A stretch of DNA of 64,000 nucleotides, taken from positions 1 through 64,000 of the IMG/VR virus record IMGVR_UViG_3300032132_000004; one strand, written 5' to 3'. A program made the translations under genes and the position numbers. Source of the stretch: a virus. This document shows, piece by piece, positions 43,412 to 54,638 of this stretch. The first letter of the stretch is position 1. The number at the start of each line of letters is the position of its first letter. Under the pieces are notes generated by a model. The model was given only the letters and a program-made list of their open reading frames with translations, was not told where the DNA came from and made no database searches.

Positions 43412-46400
43412 TAGTTATCCCTCGAAAGATCGAAAATTGAAGCAGATTTAAAGCCAACAGAACCGGAAGTGTCCCCTGGATATGCCTCTGCGTCTCTGTT
43501 AGCATCTGATTTAGCCCTATAAAGAGTTACCTTTTTAGGTCTGCCCGCCATACCCACACTAGCATTCTTCGCATTCGCAAAAGTATCTCCTGCTGATTCC
43601 TCTAACATACATTGTGTTGGATTCTCCTCAAGCATCTCTGAGCAGTAGTAGAACCCATAAGTATCTAAGGTATCAAGAATACCGTCACTATTAGAATCAA
43701 CTAACTTTAGAAGATCAGGATAAGCAGCACTTGCATTTATTTCTCCCGCAGGACTAGTTGGGATAATAGCGGAAAGAGGTGCTGAGCAATTGTATCCTTG
43801 AGCAAAGATTTGATATGCAGGTCCTACTACTCCACTAAAGTTTCCAGTGTGCGGCCATGCCCCATGATTATACCCACTCAAGTCACTTTGTAGTACCTTA
43901 GCACTTGCTTTAGGCGTCCAGTAAATTCTAAATATTCCCTGGTTCTCGCTAGTATGTTCTGTGGCTCCCCACTTATAAGTAGTGTTTCCACTTACATGAA
44001 TACCAGCTTGAGATAGCAAAACTTTCTTAGCATTAGAGGCACCCGCCTCTAATGGATAAGATCTTCCAAAAGGAGAGTTGAAAGCAACACCTGATGGTGG
44101 AAGCCATACAGAACTTCCCGCTCCAAAAGCATCTAAAACGCTTAGTGATCCCGTATCAGGGGTTCCTGAAGGTGCTCCATGAGCTATAGCGTCCGTAGCA
44201 GAAAGCCAAATAGCACTAGGCCCGTGCCATTGCGTGTCCCCTGGGTGCATACCGCTTACGGACAAGTAAGAAGCGTTTAGCCTAGAGGTATCCGCTATGT
44301 TCCAGATACCAAACCTGTCACACTGACTACCGCTAGCATTATAATAAAAACCATCAAGAGGACTTAGGTTTGTTGCAGCAGGGAAGTGAACGTCTCTAAC
44401 ATTAACCACACTGCCTTGGGTTGCTCGTACACAAGTTCCCCCTTGAGTAATACTACCTAGATCATCTGATCCTGCGGTATCAATAATCTGAGATGTTTTA
44501 AAGAACCTGTTAATTCCAACAAGACTTGTGAATACTGGGATCGTAGGGATAGTGATTGCTCCTGTGATATTATCCAAGTCTAGGTCCCCTATTGCGGTAT
44601 CGTCTTGTGGGTTAGGATAGAATTGAAGGGAACCAGAAGCAGTATAGGTACTTGTATCGAAAACACTTGTGGGATAATCAACCCCAAGTCCTAGTGCAGC
44701 TACACCAACAGCAGCCCTAGGCCAATTGGCACCATATGATCCTAAATCAGCCAAGTTAAGGACAGAGTTTTTATTAACAACTAGGCAAGCTCTTGTTGAA
44801 TGAAGCTCTACCGAAGTATGGTTACCTCCTGAGCTTAGGTCAAAAGCACTAACCTCAAGACCAAAGGAGTCCCTAGTGCGAGCAGGTTCAATATTGATTG
44901 TAGAATTATTCTCAGCTAAAACATCAACCCCGAAGTGACCAATAGCTGTGGGGCCGTGTAAGTTGATCTCAGAGGAGTTGTTAGCATATAGGCCTGCCAT
45001 CTTTTGTTGGTAAGTAAGACCAGCAGGACCGAAGACAAAGGTGCAGCCAGACCCTGTACCAAACAGGCTTACTTTAGAATTATTAGTAGCTCTAATTCCT
45101 CGACCGTAGCAAGGAACCCCAACAACTGATTCATCAAGTCCATCAAGCCTAAGGTCAGCATGAATAAGATCTAGATTAGAACCATCATCTACCGAAATTG
45201 CTGGGAGAGAGAACTTGTTTACTCCTCCCCACTTAATTACTCCATGGGCTGTTTGGAACTTACAGTTTCCATAAGTAGTAGGCATATTATTCTTTCTCTC
45301 AACAGTAAAGGTACTGTTGCTGAGTAGGTTTATATGCTGCCCGTTAGCGGACATATCTAACTGTTTACGGTCGCTTTGTCCAGCAGATTGTGGAGAGGCT
45401 GGGGAATCAAAAATGAACAAGGAGTTCCTAGCCTTGATTGCTTCGTTAGAATGAGCGTCCGCACACAAGTTCTCGAATACTACCTTAGAGTTGTCAGCCT
45501 GAATACCAACACTGTTTCCGTAGACATCTAAAAGCCCTTTGGCTTTTATTTGAGAGTTAGTAAGTAAGAATCCGAAACCAGTATTTAGTTCTGAACTAAT
45601 AATACTTCCCTCTAAAGAAACTGTTGGAAGAGTTCTTCTTATTCCACCAGTAAGCTTTGAGTTGTCTAGGACGAAGCCTGCGTAGTTTCTAGAAGCAATA
45701 ATAGCACAGTCTACACCTGATGCGCCGTTATCCCCTACAGCAGTACTTCCTATTGCTACAGGAAGGGAGCTAACAGTTACTTCACTATTGACAGCGTGGA
45801 ATCCGTATCCCTTTTCTGCCTCTCTTGTAGTGGTAGTAAGTAGATTGTAGTTTCTATATGCTGCTGCGAATCTAGAAAGAACGATCTTAGAGTTATTAAA
45901 CTTGAACCCAGCTTCCTGTGCTCTAGTAGCTGTGCAGTTTTCTAGTAGCACATCAGAGTTAGTTATTTCGACTGCTATCTTCCCCGTAGTAGCTCCATCA
46001 ACAAAGAAGTTTCTAACAAAGATTGGCCCATCGCAGTTCTTAACACTAATCTTGGAGCATTTATTAAAGTAAATGCTACCTCCAATATTCTCGTCAGCAG
46101 CAATATCATCTCTGGTTACTTGAGCATCACCGTCTGCTTGGTTAACAGCACTAATGTCTAGAGAGGGCAAGGAAGCATCAAGAGCATCTGCGGCAACCTC
46201 ATAAGGACTAAAATCAAACCTATCGGCTGTTCCCGCTGGGATAATTGTCTGCCCTAATCCAACAGAAAGAGGAGCGGATCTTAGAATGTGCTTAGGGTAA
46301 ATAGCAATATTAGAATTATTAGCCGCTCTGATATCCCCTCCACCACTCAATACGTTTGTTGAAATGTGAACACAAGAAGTATCCGTCAAAGCATTACTTA

Positions 46401-46911
46401 GGTCCAAAGAGCTTAGTTGGTTTACAATATTATGAGAAGAGTTTAATGCTGGAGAAACGGTGGTTTTAGCCACCGAGGATAGGTTAATAGATCTGCCGAA
46501 GTTACGATTTACAATCTCTATGGACCCACTCTCTTCGATTCGGAAATTATGTAGCTCTAACTTTCCTAGATCTCCAAAATTTCCTACTTCTACAAGTACG
46601 GGAAATCTAACCACCTTTGGGATGGATGCGATGCAAGAGCTAAGGTCTGTAAATATAGTATTGTCTGCCAACAACGTTGCTGCTGGAGTATCAGCAGATA
46701 CCGTAAGAGCTAGTCCTGGGACTGCTGATGTAGGGTATCCTGCCTGCTCCCATAGCTCGTAGGTTCTTTCCTCTAGGTCATATAGGGGAAGGTTATCCTG
46801 CTCCCAGTTATAGAAACTGGAAGTGTCGTGTTTACTAACGTATGGTGTCCAGGCGTTCCATAGCTGTACGCTTCCGCTAGTGGAGTAGTGATCGTGTTGG
46901 TTAAAAGGCAT
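43411..46911 (-). CDS. Tail spike/fibre with parallel beta-helix repeats
   Basis: N-terminal DNLPLYDLEERT motif; repeated G..A.NS.V/I units. Confidence 0.7.
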   Translation of the reverse strand: MPFNQHDHYSTSGSVQLWNAWTPYVSKHDTSSFYNWEQDNLPLYDLEERTYELWEQAGYPTSAVPGLALTVSADTPAATLLADNTIFTDLSSCIASIPKVVRFPVLVEVGNFGDLGKLELHNFRIEESGSIEIVNRNFGRSINLSSVAKTTVSPALNSSHNIVNQLSSLDLSNALTDTSCVHISTNVLSGGGDIRAANNSNIAIYPKHILRSAPLSVGLGQTIIPAGTADRFDFSPYEVAADALDASLPSLDISAVNQADGDAQVTRDDIAADENIGGSIYFNKCSKISVKNCDGPIFVRNFFVDGATTGKIAVEITNSDVLLENCTATRAQEAGFKFNNSKIVLSRFAAAYRNYNLLTTTTREAEKGYGFHAVNSEVTVSSLPVAIGSTAVGDNGASGVDCAIIASRNYAGFVLDNSKLTGGIRRTLPTVSLEGSIISSELNTGFGFLLTNSQIKAKGLLDVYGNSVGIQADNSKVVFENLCADAHSNEAIKARNSLFIFDSPASPQSAGQSDRKQLDMSANGQHINLLSNSTFTVERKNNMPTTYGNCKFQTAHGVIKWGGVNKFSLPAISVDDGSNLDLIHADLRLDGLDESVVGVPCYGRGIRATNNSKVSLFGTGSGCTFVFGPAGLTYQQKMAGLYANNSSEINLHGPTAIGHFGVDVLAENNSTINIEPARTRDSFGLEVSAFDLSSGGNHTSVELHSTRACLVVNKNSVLNLADLGSYGANWPRAAVGVAALGLGVDYPTSVFDTSTYTASGSLQFYPNPQDDTAIGDLDLDNITGAITIPTIPVFTSLVGINRFFKTSQIIDTAGSDDLGSITQGGTCVRATQGSVVNVRDVHFPAATNLSPLDGFYYNASGSQCDRFGIWNIADTSRLNASYLSVSGMHPGDTQWHGPSAIWLSATDAIAHGAPSGTPDTGSLSVLDAFGAGSSVWLPPSGVAFNSPFGRSYPLEAGASNAKKVLLSQAGIHVSGNTTYKWGATEHTSENQGIFRIYWTPKASAKVLQSDLSGYNHGAWPHTGNFSGVVGPAYQIFAQGYNCSAPLSAIIPTSPAGEINASAAYPDLLKLVDSNSDGILDTLDTYGFYYCSEMLEENPTQCMLEESAGDTFANAKNASVGMAGRPKKVTLYRAKSDANRDAEAYPGDTSGSVGFKSASIFDLSRDN

Positions 46912-47531
46912 TAGAAGTTAATTGTCCACCTAAATATTAAGCTGAAGTCGCTCGTTTTGTAGATATTAGAGAAGGTTCTATATGCTACTAGGATGGGCCT
47001 ATCGTCAGCATTTCCAGTAGGATTCTTCATAAGCAATCCTACCTCGTTTATATTAGCATCAAGAGAGTCTCTCTCTAAACCATTACAGGCTTCTTCATCT
47101 ACAACCAAAGTGTATCTAACAGAAGCTTCTCCTATCTTTGTACGTTTACTTGCAGGAATAAGAGCGGCATAAGTCTCTGTTAAGGTAGTATTTGTTAACT
47201 GATCTTTCACATCAATGAAAAGGTTACTACCAGCACCCCATTCATCAACAGACGTTAAAGACCCAGAAAGCTCATAAATAGCACTAGTAGCCCCTCCTGT
47301 GGGAGGACCAGATACGCCTACTTGAAACCTATCAATCTGGTAGTCTAGGACAGAGTTTGATCCTGAGCCTGTAAACATATAGGTTAGGCCTACACCCATA
47401 CCTGAAACAATTATGTTGTGGTCATCGAATACAACTTCTTCCTGACCATCTGTATATCGCTTAGAGATGGTTAGGTGTCCGTTAATACCCAATTCTTCTG
47501 TAAAGTTTTTCATAGGAAGTGCAGTCTCCAC
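46911..47531 (-). CDS. Baseplate/tail-fibre attachment protein
   Basis: HNIIV, INEVGL, AYRTFSNIYKTSDFSLIFRWTINF pattern seen in myovirus fibre-collar proteins. Confidence 0.65.
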   Translation of the reverse strand: METALPMKNFTEELGINGHLTISKRYTDGQEEVVFDDHNIIVSGMGVGLTYMFTGSGSNSVLDYQIDRFQVGVSGPPTGGATSAIYELSGSLTSVDEWGAGSNLFIDVKDQLTNTTLTETYAALIPASKRTKIGEASVRYTLVVDEEACNGLERDSLDANINEVGLLMKNPTGNADDRPILVAYRTFSNIYKTSDFSLIFRWTINF

Positions 47532-48637
47532 TTAATTGTTAAGTCTGTGTATTGTCTTTGTCCTGAGATGGATCCATTATCATTTATGTAACATAGATTC
47601 TTGGATAAGCCTTTGCGGGCAAAAAGTTTGTATTTCCTAGGATTATTTAGTACACTAAACGAGAAGGGTGGAGTATTTCCGTTTAGAAGAGATTGCTTAA
47701 TATTAATAGCCCAAAGACCTAAATGATATATTCCCCCAAAAGCATTAGCGTAGCCTACATCTCCTGCTGCCAAAGTAACACTGTACTCCACAATACCATC
47801 AGTAGCGAAAGTAGAGTTAGCCGACATACAGAGCCCACTATAAGTGCTAGACATAGAGTAAGAGGCGTCTGGGACACTAGACATTATCATATTTACAAAC
47901 CCAGAGACATCCATAGAGCTTACTTCATTAAACACCCCAGCCCGAAATTGGGGAGAATACAAAGCAGTTGGGTTGCCGTCTACAAACACAAAATGCCTGT
48001 TTGTATTTCCAAACAAACCACTACTTCCATCAGGAAAAGCCCCCATAAGTATACCTACAGCAACAGCAGAGGTAGTACTTGAAAAAACAGTAGGCTCCAT
48101 CAAAGCACTTAATATAGCAGAAGGCATGAAATTAGTTAACTGTCCGTTGCCTGGAAATATGGAACTTACTGCCGTTCCTCCTACTACAGAAGAGATAGAA
48201 GTGTCTTCTTCTAGAACTGTTAGCATAGGATCAGGAGGAACAGGCAACCCAACCACAGGATGATAAGATTTTCCCTCTACAATATTATTATTCCCGCTTA
48301 AATCATCAATACTGGATAACCAAACAATGGAAGGTAGAGCGTTTGCTGCCGTGACTGTAACGGAAGGGATAGCTTCATCAACTAAGTAGTTTTCTTTATA
48401 TTGGTCTAATGCATGAGCATTAGATAAGAAGGCATCCTTACCTGTACCGAAGGAAATAGCTTGGATAGTGTAGTTAGAGGAATCTAATATAGAGGAGGTA
48501 GCTGTATCTGTAATACCAGATAAGGAAGGAGAGACTGTCATAATGTCAGCCAATAGCTCACCAGCACCATCAACAAGCATGTTAGGTTCTCTTGATACTA
48601 AAGTATCTCCTCTCCAAATTTCTACTTCACCTCTCAT
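47510..48637 (-). CDS. Baseplate/tail protein, probable paralogue of the downstream 206-aa protein
   Basis: MRGEVEI..NMLVDG, AISFGTG, LFARK and LTIKWRLHF terminus mirror the neighbouring protein. Confidence 0.55.
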   Translation of the reverse strand: MRGEVEIWRGDTLVSREPNMLVDGAGELLADIMTVSPSLSGITDTATSSILDSSNYTIQAISFGTGKDAFLSNAHALDQYKENYLVDEAIPSVTVTAANALPSIVWLSSIDDLSGNNNIVEGKSYHPVVGLPVPPDPMLTVLEEDTSISSVVGGTAVSSIFPGNGQLTNFMPSAILSALMEPTVFSSTTSAVAVGILMGAFPDGSSGLFGNTNRHFVFVDGNPTALYSPQFRAGVFNEVSSMDVSGFVNMIMSSVPDASYSMSSTYSGLCMSANSTFATDGIVEYSVTLAAGDVGYANAFGGIYHLGLWAINIKQSLLNGNTPPFSFSVLNNPRKYKLFARKGLSKNLCYINDNGSISGQRQYTDLTIKWRLHFL

Positions 48638-51600
48638 TAGTTATCAAACTCCAAGCTCTCATAATTATTGTAACTTGGTTGTTTTACATACCCAGCAGTC
48701 CAATCAGGAGCAGTTCTGTAATTCAATCTACTTCCTCCGCTAACCTCTAAAGTACCTGAGGTAAGTGTAGCGTCTCTAGAGGCTAAGCTAGTAGCGTATA
48801 CCCCAGTCCCTAGTCCTGCTAATCCATTATAGAACTTTAAAATATCTCTAAGTTGGTCTTTATCTAGGTAAAGTTTATCCTCTTTAACAAAGGGGCGTAA
48901 AGGTATTCCGCTAGTCTGTACTCCATGTCCTGCTCCTATAGCAGCATTCTCTCTCTGAGTAACATCTTGGAATTCTATAGAGTCTATAAGAAGATATTTA
49001 CGTGAATTATTATTTGGGAGGAAAAAGATCTCAATAATGTAATTAGTATCGTCTCTATTTACTTGCTCCCTCAACTTGTAAAAATCATCCTTCATAGGAA
49101 TAATATCCAAGTACTCAAAGTTATTGTTGATAGTAAAGTTCCTAGTATCGAACTCTACCGTAAAGTTTTCAAAATACTTATCCTTTATATTATTAAGAGA
49201 GGTATCATTAATATCTTGGAAGGAATCGGAGGTATTTCCTAAGCAGTACTCTTTGGTAGAAACATCAGGAGTTTTTATATCAAAGGTGTACTTATGAGCT
49301 AGACTATCCTTCACTAAGGGGAGAGAAAGTCTGGACTCTTCTGTTATTTCCCACTTCTGCTTAGGTGTCCATGACCATACAAACCCGTCAGTAGGCTGGG
49401 TGTGAATCCAAACTCCTATCTTGCCTCCTCCTAGGATGGGCTCATTCTCATCAGCCACAAGAGATTTAATGTCTAACTTGAACTTGTGATCCTTGATAAA
49501 GTAGTTTCTTCTGTCCCCGTAAGAGGAAAGATCAAACCTGATTCTAGGTAACCCTCCTACAGACTTACACTTTATTACTGTATTGTTTATTAGGAAGTTG
49601 TCTTTCTCAGGTACAAGGAAGGATGGATCTAATTTAAAGATAGTGAACTGGTTACCAGAAGGAGCACCAGAGAGATCACAGAACTCTAACCCACTAAGGA
49701 TATGAGGATTCCTATAGTCTGCGTTATTAATATTACCAGATACCCAAGAGCCAGATAAGGGGATAACTGACTGGCCTGCATCACTAGCGATGAAGGTTCC
49801 ATTAGCTGTACTGTTCCACACGTTAGAGGCATTAATTGCACTAGCCCCTATAGTGCTAGAGGTGATCATATTACCAACAGCAGAGCCTGCTAGTGCAAAA
49901 TCACAATTGTATAACCCAGTACCGAAGACTTGTGCGAATATATTTCCTCCAGTCTTCTCAACCTCATTCAACCCAAGGACATGCTTACTAAAATATTTAC
50001 AGTAATCCCTATGAGTTTCCTGCAAGCCTGTACCAAAACTAAAATTCTCATAATCCGCAAAAGAGTTTAGGACAAAACCACTAGCTATAGCTTCGTTGGC
50101 AAAGCTTTGCCTGTTGTTCTTCCAATAGGCGTCCTCTTCAACAGAGCTTGGGTTCATATTAATCTGTTCGTTAGCGTAGTCTAGGGCTTTAGCCTCAAAC
50201 AACTTATGCATAGTTGCGTAAAGAGTAGGAACCTGTCCTCTATCAATATACCTAGCTGTGGCAGAAGCCTCCTCAGACATCTTACTGTTTGAGCCTAGAG
50301 CGGATAAGCCCCTATAAGGAAAAGTAGCACTAGTATACACTCCTGAAAACTGCCGTGTAGAAGTGAGTTTTTCACACTCATGCCACACTCCAGAAGGATT
50401 TACATGATCTTCGATTGGGAAAAACTTACCTGCCGAGGCCACGTAACCCAGAGTTAATTCTCCTAAGGAGGAGGGCATGGAATTCTCAAGTGTAGAGGGA
50501 TCATAACTAACAGGCCCATTAAACCCTGTCCTGTCGTAGTAGCCTTCATGAGGGAGAAGGTACTTAAGGTTACGTCTCCGCATAGCTCTCCTTGCTACAC
50601 TCCCTAAAGAAGCTACAGAAGCGGTAGAGGAAACCATAGGATCAAGGATAGCATCAACACTGGCTCTCTTAAAAGTGTTAGCCCCGTTTCTACCACCGCT
50701 AGAATCTGTGTTGTTATCTCCCCCACCAGAATCAAATGTCATTGGTACACCGCTGTACTCAAAATTACCTAACACCGAAGCAGAAGTATAACTAGCCCTG
50801 GTATCATCATGGTCAAAACCGAGGTACTCATACTTAGTACTAGACATAGAGAAATCATCAGACGCACTGGCATTTAGGTTTACTCTAGTAATAGCATGAG
50901 CAGGGGCAAACTCACGGGCTGTTCTAGCAGCCTCGTACAGAGCATACTTTCCATCTCCCTCTAGAGTTGTCTTATTAAAATCAAAATCTGTATTATCAAA
51001 ATCAATAAAGAGATGTGAGGACTTTCCACTCCAAAGATTAAGAAGGTTCTTCTCGTAATCGGAAATGCTAAGCATTACATTATTGAAATTAGGAGCAACT
51101 TGTACGGAACTAAAGAGCATTAAGAACTCATTCAAAGATCCTATATTTGTATCATCCGTTACTGCGCTGCTAAGCACATAATCCCCAACACTATCGGCAA
51201 AGGTATCTTCTACTTTGAAGCATTTAAGACGAGACACAAGAAACTTTACTAAGTCTGCGGTAACAGTACAGTCTCTATAGTACTTGATCTCCTCAAAAGG
51301 AGGCATTGGGTAGTTGTTTCTGTTTCTGTAATTGAATAAAAACTCAATAGACCCAGAAGGCTTTAAGTATACTGGGCGCTCCCCTGTTTTGGGGTGGTCC
51401 GCTCCTGCCATATAAACACCGTAGCCTAAAGGTCCGTGTCCTGTAGCTGCTTCGAATGCTTTACCCTCATCGAAAAGCTTAGCATCCTGTTTGTATGCTT
51501 GGAACCCAGGATCAGTTTCTAGGTGACCATGAAAAGCTTTCATTCCAGGCTCGCCTACGATAGTATACCTTTCGACCTCACACCCATCATTATCAACAAC

Positions 51601-53052
51601 AAAAAGCTCAGGAACTTGGAACTTATCCCCGTGGAATAAGAAGTTCTCAGGGAACTCTTTGTACATATCCAATAGGATTGAATCTGTAACTATCCTAAGG
51701 TTTTCTTCTAAACTACTTGTACTGTAAGAGAATACCCCAGCTTCTGCTGCTAAGGCAGGAGTCCAAGTATTTAGATTGTGAAATAAAGGAGACTCTGTTC
51801 CTAAAGAGTACCAAATTAAGTGAGGGATGTAGGACTCCCAAAGCTCTTGAACACTACCAGACACATCAAAAACAGAATCAACAATAAGAGCATTAATAGC
51901 TGCTTGAATTGCTGCAATAGTACCTGATTGTTTGTATAAATCTAAAGCCAACCGTAGCTGGTGTCTCCACTTAGAAGAAGAGTTTCCTCTTAGCCTAAAC
52001 CCTATTAGGTCTGCAATGTACTGAAGGTGTTCTTCTTTTACATTCTCTATATCATAGATTAGACTTATGTTCTCTATCTCATCCTGCATGTCAGTAAGAG
52101 AGAAGCCAAGGATGTTAGAGAACTTTCTGTGTGGTCCTTTAGATGTGCGATCTACTAAGGACAAAGTAGAATCTATATAACTATCAAAAGAGTCTCTAAC
52201 TGTAAAGTCCTGCTGGTCTATGTACAGAGGAGAATAGACAACATCAATCATTGTCTTTAGTGCTTCTAGTCTTTGTGTGCCACTAGTATACGTTGCAACA
52301 AGGCCTGCACTAGTATCTACAATACTGTCTGCGGTTCCTGATACGAAGTCCTCTGGGATGTATCCTCCGAAAGAACAAGCAGTGTAGTTTCTCCAAAGAT
52401 ACTCAGTAAATCCTTTAACCCCATCAACGGTTTCTAGATCTTTTCCTAGGTACACGGAGTTGAGGGAATCTAAAACAAAACTTGAAGGAGAGTAGGTGAG
52501 TCCTCCATCAGCAGAAGTGTTTAGGAAGTAGAACCACCCTAAAGTATCTACTAGGTAGTTATGAACACTACTAGCATTTACATCTCCAGTTAAAGCCGAT
52601 AGGGTTGTTATATTTGCTTGTATAGGATCTACCTGAGTACTAGTAGAAGGGATTATCATCGGCAGCAAGGTGGCCGACAAGTAAGTATTAAAATCCGCAC
52701 TAGTGTCGTAGTTAGCAATAGAGGTTCCCAGGGGGATAAGTATCTTGCTTTCTAAAAGGTAGGGGTTGATCTTTGTTAGTTCGTTCTGCTTAACGAAGTA
52801 CTGAGAAATACCATTGATGGTTCCTAAGGAGCTAGTTTGGGAATTAGCTACACTTGATAAAGAAAGGACAGAGGAAATGTTATCAGCAACAAGTAGATGA
52901 GAGTTAATTACTTGTGAGATAGGATTAATCTCTGTACCGCTAAGAGTTACATCCTCACTCCTATACACCTCAGGAGTAATTAGCTCAATGAGGTCTATAA
53001 GGTTAGTCTTGAAGTACTTCCTCGGATCAGATGAATACTTATTAAATCCCAT
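48637..53052 (-). CDS. Large baseplate wedge protein (gp7/P2 gpI-like domain)
   Basis: IYDIENVKEEHLQYIADLIG...R..L..A..LYKQSGT and FAPAH motifs; follows the gp6-like gene. Confidence 0.72.
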   Translation of the reverse strand: MGFNKYSSDPRKYFKTNLIDLIELITPEVYRSEDVTLSGTEINPISQVINSHLLVADNISSVLSLSSVANSQTSSLGTINGISQYFVKQNELTKINPYLLESKILIPLGTSIANYDTSADFNTYLSATLLPMIIPSTSTQVDPIQANITTLSALTGDVNASSVHNYLVDTLGWFYFLNTSADGGLTYSPSSFVLDSLNSVYLGKDLETVDGVKGFTEYLWRNYTACSFGGYIPEDFVSGTADSIVDTSAGLVATYTSGTQRLEALKTMIDVVYSPLYIDQQDFTVRDSFDSYIDSTLSLVDRTSKGPHRKFSNILGFSLTDMQDEIENISLIYDIENVKEEHLQYIADLIGFRLRGNSSSKWRHQLRLALDLYKQSGTIAAIQAAINALIVDSVFDVSGSVQELWESYIPHLIWYSLGTESPLFHNLNTWTPALAAEAGVFSYSTSSLEENLRIVTDSILLDMYKEFPENFLFHGDKFQVPELFVVDNDGCEVERYTIVGEPGMKAFHGHLETDPGFQAYKQDAKLFDEGKAFEAATGHGPLGYGVYMAGADHPKTGERPVYLKPSGSIEFLFNYRNRNNYPMPPFEEIKYYRDCTVTADLVKFLVSRLKCFKVEDTFADSVGDYVLSSAVTDDTNIGSLNEFLMLFSSVQVAPNFNNVMLSISDYEKNLLNLWSGKSSHLFIDFDNTDFDFNKTTLEGDGKYALYEAARTAREFAPAHAITRVNLNASASDDFSMSSTKYEYLGFDHDDTRASYTSASVLGNFEYSGVPMTFDSGGGDNNTDSSGGRNGANTFKRASVDAILDPMVSSTASVASLGSVARRAMRRRNLKYLLPHEGYYDRTGFNGPVSYDPSTLENSMPSSLGELTLGYVASAGKFFPIEDHVNPSGVWHECEKLTSTRQFSGVYTSATFPYRGLSALGSNSKMSEEASATARYIDRGQVPTLYATMHKLFEAKALDYANEQINMNPSSVEEDAYWKNNRQSFANEAIASGFVLNSFADYENFSFGTGLQETHRDYCKYFSKHVLGLNEVEKTGGNIFAQVFGTGLYNCDFALAGSAVGNMITSSTIGASAINASNVWNSTANGTFIASDAGQSVIPLSGSWVSGNINNADYRNPHILSGLEFCDLSGAPSGNQFTIFKLDPSFLVPEKDNFLINNTVIKCKSVGGLPRIRFDLSSYGDRRNYFIKDHKFKLDIKSLVADENEPILGGGKIGVWIHTQPTDGFVWSWTPKQKWEITEESRLSLPLVKDSLAHKYTFDIKTPDVSTKEYCLGNTSDSFQDINDTSLNNIKDKYFENFTVEFDTRNFTINNNFEYLDIIPMKDDFYKLREQVNRDDTNYIIEIFFLPNNNSRKYLLIDSIEFQDVTQRENAAIGAGHGVQTSGIPLRPFVKEDKLYLDKDQLRDILKFYNGLAGLGTGVYATSLASRDATLTSGTLEVSGGSRLNYRTAPDWTAGYVKQPSYNNYESLEFDN

Positions 53053-54638
53053 TACTCTATTAGTTCTACATTAATCGTTAGATTGTTTAATTGAATGATC
53101 TCATTGAAATCAATTGTAATATCTTGTCCTACGTTGTCAATAGTGGAAATACGAACCTCGTCCACCTCAAAGATCTGCCTATTTATCTCTGATACTCTAA
53201 AGTCCTCACCGAACTCTTTGTTGTCAACATTCATATAGGTGAGTATCTTATCTCTTACCTTAGCTTTGATTCGATCTTGGTTCTCTTCATTCTCCCTGTC
53301 AATACGAATGGTAGTAACCAAGTCCAAGGTTCTGATAAGACCATCGACAATTACAATATCATCAGTTGCCATCTTTTTAGCGTTTATACCAGTTAGCAAC
53401 TGTGTTTTAAATGCCGTAGTAGCTCTTTGTAATTGAAAGTCCGAGGCTTTCTCTAGGACGTAGATATCAATAACATTTGCTGAGGAGTAAGCTTTCCTAG
53501 TAGCAGCAGTAGCTTTTCCTACGGTACCAAAGGTACTAATAAAAGTATTAGCGTATACTGAGTAATCCTCTAAAGTAACTAATCGGTCCTGGCGTCTAAA
53601 GTTTAGAGGAGCATATCTCTTGGCATGTTCGATTGTTTCTGCGTTAGACCCTCCTGTACCTTTGGACGTATTGGTAACTGTTGCTGTGTTAGGTAAACTG
53701 TTAGTAGTCGTAACTAGACTAGCATTGATCGAATCTCTACCAATGTTTCCTCTAGTGCCTCCACCTACTCTGTAGAATGCAGTATAATCAGAAGTGCTAT
53801 CAGGAGAGACTCCAACACTTCCATCTCCGAATACTATAGTGGCTTTGTAGTCATCATCGTATACCACTTCAAAGATTTTATCAGAGGAGCCAGAAGCAAA
53901 GAAAACACTAGGCACTTCTGTAAATGCTCCGTTCTTTGCAGCACTTGGGCCTGTGGTAAATACCTGCACGCTTCCTTCTACTACGGGTCCGTTAGTTAAC
54001 TTGATAGTCTTAACTCCCTCTGTGGCAGCGAAGGAGCCAGCATCCTGAACCAAAGCCCCTTCTTGCATTACTACGTTTTCAAAAACTATCCCACCACCAG
54101 CTTCGGACTCGGCTAGCATTAGTTCGATCTCTCCCGATTGGTTAACAAGATCAACTAAACCATTAACTACCTTATAAAGAGTAAAAGTTAAGGCTCCTCC
54201 GTCCTCAGGAGAAACAGTTTCAATTACTCTTTGAGCAGGAGTAAGCTTCATTAAACCTGTTACTGCAATATCTGAAATTATTTTAGCATCAGCGGCGGCG
54301 GAAAGAGGGCCTTTCATTCTAACACCTATAAGCTCTAAAAGCTTCTTAACACTAGAGCGTTGATTGGCTGTAGCGAGGAAGTTCTCATTAGCAAGCATGT
54401 CAGCCTTCATGGACATAACAGATCCCATATAAGAAACAAGCTCTATAAACATCATCCCTAGATCAGACTCTACAAAATATTTATAATCGTTTGGATAAAC
54501 TGCCTTGGCATAAGCTATGAGAGACTGGCGTAGTGTGGAGAAATCCGTTGCAGCAAAATTGATTAGAGAAGGCCTCTTTAGAAGAGGAACATCTGCTAAT
54601 TTCATAAAGTCTGATGTAATTGTTCCAGAAAAGTTCAT
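53052..54638 (-). CDS. Baseplate wedge protein (gp6/J-like)
   Basis: DFSTLR, ENFLATA, FGDG, YRVGGG.RGN, GG.NAE, QDRLVTLEDY. Confidence 0.92.
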   Translation of the reverse strand: MNFSGTITSDFMKLADVPLLKRPSLINFAATDFSTLRQSLIAYAKAVYPNDYKYFVESDLGMMFIELVSYMGSVMSMKADMLANENFLATANQRSSVKKLLELIGVRMKGPLSAAADAKIISDIAVTGLMKLTPAQRVIETVSPEDGGALTFTLYKVVNGLVDLVNQSGEIELMLAESEAGGGIVFENVVMQEGALVQDAGSFAATEGVKTIKLTNGPVVEGSVQVFTTGPSAAKNGAFTEVPSVFFASGSSDKIFEVVYDDDYKATIVFGDGSVGVSPDSTSDYTAFYRVGGGTRGNIGRDSINASLVTTTNSLPNTATVTNTSKGTGGSNAETIEHAKRYAPLNFRRQDRLVTLEDYSVYANTFISTFGTVGKATAATRKAYSSANVIDIYVLEKASDFQLQRATTAFKTQLLTGINAKKMATDDIVIVDGLIRTLDLVTTIRIDRENEENQDRIKAKVRDKILTYMNVDNKEFGEDFRVSEINRQIFEVDEVRISTIDNVGQDITIDFNEIIQLNNLTINVELIE

